Both the position numbers and the translations under genes were made by a program. DNA of 42,002 bases from positions 1-42,002 of the IMG/VR virus record IMGVR_UViG_3300029171_000017. One strand, 5' to 3'. The stretch comes from a virus. Lineage: Duplodnaviria; Caudoviricetes. Of the stretch, positions 35,276-42,002 are shown piece by piece; positions within the stretch are counted from its first letter, which is position 1, and each line of letters begins with the position of its first letter. Below the pieces are notes generated by a model, which saw only the letters and a list, made by a program, of their open reading frames with translations, searched no databases and was not told the DNA's origin.

Positions 35276-35965
35276 GTGGTTGAGTCAGTAAACAGTCGTC
35301 TCGGGGTTGCCGACCTGGGTGAAGAGCACTTAGTCGGCAATCTTCTTTTATACCCAAGAAGAATCATTTTGGAGTTGTTTAGAAAGTTGTTGCAGCAGGA
35401 TGATTTATTTACTCCGAAAACGGCATCGGGTTCCAGCGTTCAACGTAATCCATTTCTATTAGAACTGGCCGCAGATGGGGTGACGCCAACTAAAACCAGC
35501 CGCATCGTTCTGGCGGATTATGGAAGCGAAAAGTTAATTCAGGAAGAGGTTCGACCCCGACTAATTATTGAACGTGGGTCTGGCAGTTTTGCCACGAGTC
35601 GACTCTCATCGCACAACTCACAGACCAGTTTCGGCATGGGCACTGTGCAGGAGTTTTCAGCATTATTTGAATCCTCGATTAACATGCGCTGCGTTAGCCG
35701 CGTCAAAATTGAGAGCGAACTGATGGCAAATATGGTGTTAATGATTTTAGCTATATTCGCTGATCAGATTCGTAAACTATCAGAGTTAGAACACATATCC
35801 ATGCCTCAGGTAGGGACAACGTCTCTTGAAAAGGCAGCAGGGGATGCGGACCAATGGTCAACCCAGGTGCAGGTTGGCGTTGGTCAGGCGATCAACTGGG
35901 ATTTATCAAAAATTTCGACCACAGTTCTGAATGATATTTGTGTAACTGTGGCTGTGCAGGAGTAG
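35276..35965 (+). CDS. Tail completion/terminator-like protein
   Basis: RPRLIIERGS and INMRCVSR...ESELMA pattern; directly before the sheath gene. Confidence 0.5.
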   Translation: MVESVNSRLGVADLGEEHLVGNLLLYPRRIILELFRKLLQQDDLFTPKTASGSSVQRNPFLLELAADGVTPTKTSRIVLADYGSEKLIQEEVRPRLIIERGSGSFATSRLSSHNSQTSFGMGTVQEFSALFESSINMRCVSRVKIESELMANMVLMILAIFADQIRKLSELEHISMPQVGTTSLEKAAGDADQWSTQVQVGVGQAINWDLSKISTTVLNDICVTVAVQE

Positions 35966-35968
35966 AAA

Positions 35969-38900
35969 ATGAATTTTCGTCCGGACATCACGATCAACCA
36001 GATTTTCAGAACTCCTTCACCATCGCCTGCTGCCTCACCGATGCCCGCCGTTCTTGTCGGTATTCAACGACAGATGGTATTTAAAGGATCGGCTGGTACT
36101 TATTTGGGTGGTCAGGCGAACTCCTATGATTTTCCAGATTTAGTTGCAGGTTCGGCCGTTGAGTCCGACGAGCATACCGACACCTTTTTACATCCTCGGG
36201 TGTATATCAGTAACGAATTTGGTGATGCTGAAGTTACCGATGATGTGACGTTTGAGAATCTAAATTCTTCTATCGCAGTTCCGACGTTTGAAATTGCAAC
36301 GAATGCCGAGGCTACCTTTGCGGTGGCATCCGGTTCGTTGGGAAATTACTCATCCACTACTGGTTCGTTTACTGATGCGTCGGCCGATTTTATTGCCGGT
36401 CAGATCGGTGCCGGAGATACAATTAAGCTCAGCGGCGTTGATGCGTTTTCTGTCACTTCTCTCGTGTCGGATAGTGAGTTAGCCGTCACCAGAATTAACC
36501 ACGGTCCTGATGACGCTCGCGTAGAATTAAGCGCGAAAGACTCTCAGGGTGCGCGAGTTTTAACTTACACTGGCACACTTGAGGAGCGATTCGACGGATT
36601 CGTGGCGCAAGGAGTCAAGGTCGGCGATGCTGTAACTTTTAACGGCTGGGAAGAACACACCGCTACTGGAGGTCTATCCTTTACCGCCACAGCTTCTGAT
36701 GAGCGTACGCTGACCGCTACAGGTCAGTTCACTAATGCGGCAATCGGCGACATCGTAGTTGTTCGAGACGATGAGAGCGAATTAGAGCCAGCATTTCATC
36801 TTAAAACTATTACGTCAAACAACGTTGCCGTTGCGGCCAATATTCGAGGAACTCTACAGGATTCTTTAGTCGCTGGTTCATCGGGATATCCTGTTAAGTA
36901 TTTCGAAATTAAGCGGCCGACCACCCGTCGAGTTATTGGTGCTGCTAGCGCGACAAAGCTGTCAACGGGATTTTTCAGTGAACAGGATCCAACACAAGTC
37001 CGCACCTTTACTGACTTAAACGGCGTGTTCGGTGCCGTTCAGGCTAACGACGTGGTCATGGTGTACGCCGCCGATTCCGGCGTTTTGGCTAATATCGTAA
37101 TCACTGGAACTAATACGATCACCCGTGCGGACGGGGGCTCGTGGTTGACTGATGGCTTTGAAGCTGGCATGACTGTCCTGATAGCCAGTTGTGACACCGG
37201 CGGCGGTACTGCGAACTTATTGGAATTAACGATCGACACGGTGTCCGCCACCGTCATTGTTGTCGAGGAATCGACACTGACTAATGATGCGGATGCCGAT
37301 TCTGTGCGAATTATTAGCGCAGATGTTATGCCCTTGTTCGTAGTCATTTCTGTTGACTCTGGGACAACCTTAACAGTTTCCGACTACGCCAAAGGCGTAA
37401 ATCTGACGACTGCTGTCGGCGGACCTTTGGTCTACAGTATTTACTCGTTTACAAACGTCACGTTACCCTCGACTGTGGGTGCAAATGTGTCATTTGAAGG
37501 AACTATTCAAGTCGCAGAACGTCGTGTAATTCAGTGGCGTACAGCCTTCACCTCTGTGACTGTGCCTGAAGTAGGTTCTACCGTCTTTAATGATTCGGGA
37601 ATCTTATTGTTTGAGGTGACGGATGCGGCAGTAAGTGTTCCAGCCAATACTACTAATTTGAATTTCAGCAGTGCCGCCGATACCATTACTCGTACAGCAG
37701 GCTCATGGGTTACTGATGGATATGCTGTCGGTGATTTTATTGAAGTGGTCGGTTCTGAAAATACTGGCGAAAATGACGGCATCTTTAAGATCACCGTCCT
37801 AACAGCCACCGTAATAACCGTCGAAACGGCTGCCTATTCCGGCACGGGTCCTGCGTATACCGCAGGTATCCCTGCCACTAATGCAACCGATACCGCCGCG
37901 ACGGTACAGAAGTTAATTGTGATGGATCATGCTTCGGCGGGATTTGATCTCCCCGATGATGACCTGATCAATGGTATTTTCTTGTCGATCCGTAACGACA
38001 ATTCTTCGGCATATGAGGTAATTCGAGTTAACTCAGAAACCTCGATCACTGTCCGTCATGAGGTCACAGGTGACGAGGTCACCAATGCGGTCGTGATGGG
38101 CCTCATTACGTCGATCACCGTGCCGGATTCGATCACCAACAGCAGCTATACAATTGATAAGACCCTGACTGGGGCTGCACTTTCTGGGGATGTGTTGATT
38201 TCGTACGCGGCTATCCGCAATGACTCCCTTACAGAAATGCGTGAGGTTAATCAGGGCACTGCGGAGAGTATTGCTGGTCCGGCAGTTCCTGGCAATCCTC
38301 TGGGATTTGCTGCTGCTGCGGCGTCTTCACTTGGAGTGCCTGTTTTTGTAGTGCAGGTCGGCGCCGAAACCGCAGCGGCATGGGCATCGGCTCGTGAGGT
38401 GTTATCGACGGACTCGGTCTACAACATTGCTCCCTTGACACAAGACGAAACTCAACTAGGACTTTTTCGCGCCCATGTTGAGACGCTCAGTCAGCCGGAG
38501 CATAAGAGCGAGCGCATTCTGTGGCAGTCTCACCGATTTGATTCAGTCGTGACACGGTACACCATGCCACTCACTGACTCCGCCGTAATTAAATATCCAG
38601 CCTCGGTACAGACGCTGGAAGTTACTCGTGTCGGTGGCTTAACTGAATTGGGGGTCATTGTTGGTGATGTTGTTACGGCAACCTACAACGGATATATTCC
38701 GGCGCAAGGATTCGTAACAGGTTCAATGACAGCTCGAATTCTCTCCATTTTAGAAAGTGGCAGCCTCACAACCCTGACACTACTGCCGGACACGACGATG
38801 CCTGCCACCCTTGCGGGTGGTGTGTCCTTGACTGCGTTGGTTATTACGTCAAGAACATACACTACAACTGCCTTGAAGGCGGCGATCGCGGCGTATCCCG

Positions 38901-39550
38901 GCACGATTGCCAGCCGACGGGTTCGTAATGTGTATCCCGATTCCGCGCTGGTGTCTTTTTCTGACACAACTAATTCGGCAGATCTTTCGACCGGAATATA
39001 CGGCGGTGGAACTGTGACAAGCTACACCATCGGCGGATGGTTCATGGCTGCCCTGATTGCCGCACAACGATCGAGCTTACCGGCTTCCACGCCTTTGACA
39101 AATCGACCGATCTCTGGCGTTCGGAGGCTGATTACTCCGTTCAGAAGCACATCCGATGTGGATACTCTGATCGATGCAGGTAATTACGTGCTTCAGCAGG
39201 CGTCCGAGAATGCCTCCATAACTGCGATTCGTGCTCTCACGACTTTGATCACGAGCCTCGATTTCGCAGAGGAGTCGGTAACTGTTCAGATTGACTCGTT
39301 TGCTCGAAGACTGCGCCGACAAATTCGGCCTTTATTAGGCTCCGCAGTTTTAGACGAGGCATTTTTCGATCTGTTCTCGGTGAATCAGGCTGCTGTGGTT
39401 GATGACATCGTCAACGTTCGTCGAGAGCTGAGAAGTGCGCGATTAGTGGAACTTCGAGAGTCCGATACTCGGGCGGATGCGTTCTATGCCTCCTACCAAG
39501 TGCGTGCTTATTTCTCGGCGTCACAGGCTGAAATTGATATTTACGTCTAA
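35969..39550 (+). CDS. Tail sheath protein (large, with inserted beta domains)
   Basis: 1193 aa, SD AGGAG; N-terminal RPDITINQ.F...PAVLVG, C-terminal VYNIAPLT, HVE.LS.PE...ER, LTNRPISG and EESV....D; precedes the tube gene. Confidence 0.82.
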   Translation: MNFRPDITINQIFRTPSPSPAASPMPAVLVGIQRQMVFKGSAGTYLGGQANSYDFPDLVAGSAVESDEHTDTFLHPRVYISNEFGDAEVTDDVTFENLNSSIAVPTFEIATNAEATFAVASGSLGNYSSTTGSFTDASADFIAGQIGAGDTIKLSGVDAFSVTSLVSDSELAVTRINHGPDDARVELSAKDSQGARVLTYTGTLEERFDGFVAQGVKVGDAVTFNGWEEHTATGGLSFTATASDERTLTATGQFTNAAIGDIVVVRDDESELEPAFHLKTITSNNVAVAANIRGTLQDSLVAGSSGYPVKYFEIKRPTTRRVIGAASATKLSTGFFSEQDPTQVRTFTDLNGVFGAVQANDVVMVYAADSGVLANIVITGTNTITRADGGSWLTDGFEAGMTVLIASCDTGGGTANLLELTIDTVSATVIVVEESTLTNDADADSVRIISADVMPLFVVISVDSGTTLTVSDYAKGVNLTTAVGGPLVYSIYSFTNVTLPSTVGANVSFEGTIQVAERRVIQWRTAFTSVTVPEVGSTVFNDSGILLFEVTDAAVSVPANTTNLNFSSAADTITRTAGSWVTDGYAVGDFIEVVGSENTGENDGIFKITVLTATVITVETAAYSGTGPAYTAGIPATNATDTAATVQKLIVMDHASAGFDLPDDDLINGIFLSIRNDNSSAYEVIRVNSETSITVRHEVTGDEVTNAVVMGLITSITVPDSITNSSYTIDKTLTGAALSGDVLISYAAIRNDSLTEMREVNQGTAESIAGPAVPGNPLGFAAAAASSLGVPVFVVQVGAETAAAWASAREVLSTDSVYNIAPLTQDETQLGLFRAHVETLSQPEHKSERILWQSHRFDSVVTRYTMPLTDSAVIKYPASVQTLEVTRVGGLTELGVIVGDVVTATYNGYIPAQGFVTGSMTARILSILESGSLTTLTLLPDTTMPATLAGGVSLTALVITSRTYTTTALKAAIAAYPGTIASRRVRNVYPDSALVSFSDTTNSADLSTGIYGGGTVTSYTIGGWFMAALIAAQRSSLPASTPLTNRPISGVRRLITPFRSTSDVDTLIDAGNYVLQQASENASITAIRALTTLITSLDFAEESVTVQIDSFARRLRRQIRPLLGSAVLDEAFFDLFSVNQAAVVDDIVNVRRELRSARLVELRESDTRADAFYASYQVRAYFSASQAEIDIYV

Positions 39551-39561
39551 CGAGGTGGTAA

Positions 39562-40308
39562 ATGCCGTCAAATCCTAATTCCAGAAGTTTCAGTAGCTGG
39601 CAATTTGCCTCGCAAAATGTTCAGTCTGAAATTCGAAATGGCAGGTATGTGTCATCCGAGTCGACTCTGCTTTTAGCAGGCCCGGCTCAGCTGTCACATA
39701 TTCTGCATAGCGGTCCTGGTGATGCCATTCAGCTTCAAGGCAGTTTGATTCCTATTGGAATTATTCAGAATGCGTCATTTGCCCAGAATCGACAAGTTAG
39801 TCGATTATTCGAAGTAGGATCCAAGCGAGCCTATTTTGTACCTGGCCGCTTGTTTGCGCAGTTCAATCTTCAGCGGATTCTGTTCTACGGACCGTCGCTG
39901 ATCCGTATGCTCTATGGCGCGGCGCCTATCAGTGAGTTGGGCTTCGGTAATCCACTTCGATTTGACGGTCAAGTCCCTCAAGCGCTGTCTGAGTACAGTG
40001 AATTGTTCGGTGACACACCAAATCAACGACGTCTGATTGAGTCTCCTGGTTTCGGGGAGCCGACTGCCTCCAATAAGCCTAATAGAGACTTTTTCATTAA
40101 CTTGGCGTCGGATCTGTGCAACATCCCAACTGGCCTGTGCTACGTCTTTAAAGATCCGAAAGGTCGCCCCTACGGTGCGGCCTATTTGGAAAACTGCTAC
40201 ATCGAGTCCCAAGCTATGGGAGTTGATTCAAGCAACATCGTGGTGGCGGAATCAGTGTCTGGGCAGTTTGAAAAGATTGCACCAATCCAGTTGGTGACAA
40301 GCTCTTAG
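39562..40308 (+). CDS. Tail tube protein
   Basis: PIGIIQNASFAQNRQVSRLFEVGSKRAYFVPGR and YLENCYI motifs; directly after the sheath. Confidence 0.75.
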   Translation: MPSNPNSRSFSSWQFASQNVQSEIRNGRYVSSESTLLLAGPAQLSHILHSGPGDAIQLQGSLIPIGIIQNASFAQNRQVSRLFEVGSKRAYFVPGRLFAQFNLQRILFYGPSLIRMLYGAAPISELGFGNPLRFDGQVPQALSEYSELFGDTPNQRRLIESPGFGEPTASNKPNRDFFINLASDLCNIPTGLCYVFKDPKGRPYGAAYLENCYIESQAMGVDSSNIVVAESVSGQFEKIAPIQLVTSS

Positions 40309-41138
40309 TCAAAATCCGGGCGGTCCTCACCTTGATCGAGGATCGCCCGTAATTTCATGACGGCGTCTGCCTCTACTTGCCGCACCCATTCTTTACTGAC
40401 AGCAAAATCGACGGCAATTTGATTCAGGGTGTGGCCGCTCATATATCGGCGCATCAGTACATAGACTTCATTAACACTTAGCTCGTTTAAGGCGGTTTTT
40501 AATCGATCCTCATCTTCATGTTTGGCTAATCGATCGCAGATGTTTAATTCCGGTACAATTTTGTCGACAGCCTCATCAAGGATCACTGTGTGCTGAGCTT
40601 GCTCAGCTAAAAGAATGCGCGTGAGTGATGCTTGCCATCGACTCGTACTTGTGGCGTACTGAACAATTTCTTCTACTTCAGGGTCTCGCTCAAGAATTAA
40701 CTTTAGTTCTTTTTGAAGCCGTGATAATTGATCTTGTTTTGCAGGCTGCCGTATCACCTTATTAGTGAATCGAGCGATTTCGTCGCGAATTAGTGAGCTG
40801 ATCCACCATACCGCGTAGGTGGAAAACTTGTAGGGAGTTCCAGCTGGCGTTCTTTTTCGGACATCAAACTTGTCAATCCCATAGATTAATCCGACGGTAC
40901 CGGCTGCGATTACGTCAGCAAACCATTGATTTTTAGGGCTCATGAAACGTTGTGCAACGGTCAGAACCATGCGCATGTTACGTTCGACCATAATGTCGCG
41001 GGAAGGATGAACGTGCCTCTCAACATGCGAACCAGGCAGACAATTTTCATGAATGAGGCATAGATGTTTATACTGCTCAGAATGCGACAGCACTCCCCGC
41101 GACAGAACATCGGCGCCAACGTACATATCCATGGTCAA
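40305..41138 (-). CDS. Sigma70-family RNA polymerase sigma factor
   Basis: Region 2 NMRMVLTVAQRF...GLIYGIDKFD...KFSTYAVWWI, region 3 LERDPEVEEI, region 4 TLNQIAVDFAVSKEWVRQVEADAVMKLR. Start may be ATG 41132. Confidence 0.92.
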   Translation of the reverse strand: MTMDMYVGADVLSRGVLSHSEQYKHLCLIHENCLPGSHVERHVHPSRDIMVERNMRMVLTVAQRFMSPKNQWFADVIAAGTVGLIYGIDKFDVRKRTPAGTPYKFSTYAVWWISSLIRDEIARFTNKVIRQPAKQDQLSRLQKELKLILERDPEVEEIVQYATSTSRWQASLTRILLAEQAQHTVILDEAVDKIVPELNICDRLAKHEDEDRLKTALNELSVNEVYVLMRRYMSGHTLNQIAVDFAVSKEWVRQVEADAVMKLRAILDQGEDRPDFD

Positions 41139-41141
41139 GGC

Positions 41142-41531
41142 TCACAGGGATGATGTGAAGAAGTCCAGGAATCGATCGTGAATATGTTTCGACAAGAGGC
41201 ACGGTACGTGATATACCATGAAGTCCCAATTTTTTCGAAAGATGGGGTTGTGGTCGGCTTCGGCGTAGATTCCGGGGAGCTTGGATAAATGATCCTGACA
41301 GTAGGTAAACAGCAGCTTTCCAATTTTTTCACGGCTTTGTTGCGGGATATTAAATACTTGAAATACAATTTTGTGAGTTTCAGGGCTGGTTACGATTATT
41401 GCGTGTCGAATTTTAATATCAGTATTTCGAATAAGCGTCTCAGAAAATGAAACGCTAGTCATGAGCTTGTCTCCGGACTGTGCTGCGTCCTGCACGTCCT
41501 TGGCTTCGCTTTCACTGAATTTTTGGGTCAT
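41142..41531 (-). CDS. Hypothetical protein
   Basis: Start moved to ATG 41531 (SD AGGAG). Confidence 0.6.
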   Translation of the reverse strand: MTQKFSESEAKDVQDAAQSGDKLMTSVSFSETLIRNTDIKIRHAIIVTSPETHKIVFQVFNIPQQSREKIGKLLFTYCQDHLSKLPGIYAEADHNPIFRKNWDFMVYHVPCLLSKHIHDRFLDFFTSSL

Positions 41532-41964
41532 TGACCAGCTCCTGTAGGATGTAGTTGGTAACATCTTCGCCGGACCGCAAGTAGTTGATCAAAACAAATT
41601 CATCTAACAAACTCAAGGCATGCCGTAAAACCAATCCTATCCAAACTGATCTTGGTATTCCAGCCTCCCAGGCCATGTCTCCGATTTTTAGTCGAAACGG
41701 TTTTGTGACTCTAAAACAACAGCGGGTATTTTGCGCGGCTCGATCGGGCGTTAAGTTTTTGAATAGATCCGGCCTATCAATTCTGATTTGCACTGCCAGT
41801 TTTAGGACATCAATTAATTTTCTGGAAGACGATTTAGCGATTCGTCTAATCAGACGATTAGTGCCTGAAGATAGATCACCTCGAATCATTTGACCCAGAT
41901 GAGGTCTCTCCGGTTTCTGCGGCGGTTTTTTTGTTTTACCCATTCGTGACCGCAGTTTAGGCAT
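41512..41964 (-). CDS. Basic hypothetical protein, possibly DNA-binding
   Basis: 150 aa, Lys/Arg-rich; CFRVTKPFRLKIGDMAWEAGIPRSVWI resembles a ribbon-helix-helix. Confidence 0.55.
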   Translation of the reverse strand: MPKLRSRMGKTKKPPQKPERPHLGQMIRGDLSSGTNRLIRRIAKSSSRKLIDVLKLAVQIRIDRPDLFKNLTPDRAAQNTRCCFRVTKPFRLKIGDMAWEAGIPRSVWIGLVLRHALSLLDEFVLINYLRSGEDVTNYILQELVNDPKIQ

Positions 41965-42002
41965 AGGCAGAGATATGAGAGGCTTCTGTCTTCTTTCAGT
42001 TC

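Noticed and set aside
1-42002. CRISPR array or cas operon accompanying the Csx16/NrN-like genes
   Set aside because: No regularly spaced repeat-spacer array and no cas10/cas7/cas1-like ORF seen; the 54-bp repeats flank whole genes. Sequence left of base 1 cannot be seen.
1-42002. Alternative genetic code (stop-codon recoding)
   Set aside because: Long intact ORFs under the standard code; TAA, TAG and TGA all end genes at sensible, often coupled, junctions.
1-42002. Apparent abundance of CGATCG/TCGA words (HIP1-like)
   Set aside because: Only an impression; full GCGATCGC is rare, and a k-mer count against a Markov background is needed before claiming anything.

Overview
This window is part of a large tailed phage genome with a contractile tail (myovirus-type), read in the standard genetic code. 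Bases 1-3960 are a minus-strand accessory/early region: small ORFs driven by a repeated promoter+RBS cassette, a tRNA with a CAT anticodon, two candidate structured non-coding RNAs, and an adjacent gene pair resembling the type III CRISPR signal-degrading enzymes Csx16 (ring nuclease) and NrN (DHH phosphodiesterase acting on SAM-AMP). Bases ~4260-40308 are one plus-strand virion cluster: portal, a single-chain beta-beta' RNA polymerase (2017 aa), baseplate spike, collagen-like fibre, two paralogous fibre-like proteins, PAAR, terminase large subunit with a LAGLIDADG intein, many head proteins rich in a K-x-A motif, prohead protease, scaffold-like proteins, decoration protein, major capsid protein, neck proteins, tail sheath and tail tube. 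A minus-strand sigma70-family factor and two ORFs close the window. The best candidates for new biology are the Csx16+NrN anti-type III CRISPR pair, a K-x-A proteolytic/targeting code across head proteins, the fused RNAP with its putative own promoter motif, and the two ncRNAs. All family calls come from motif recognition by eye; no searches were run.
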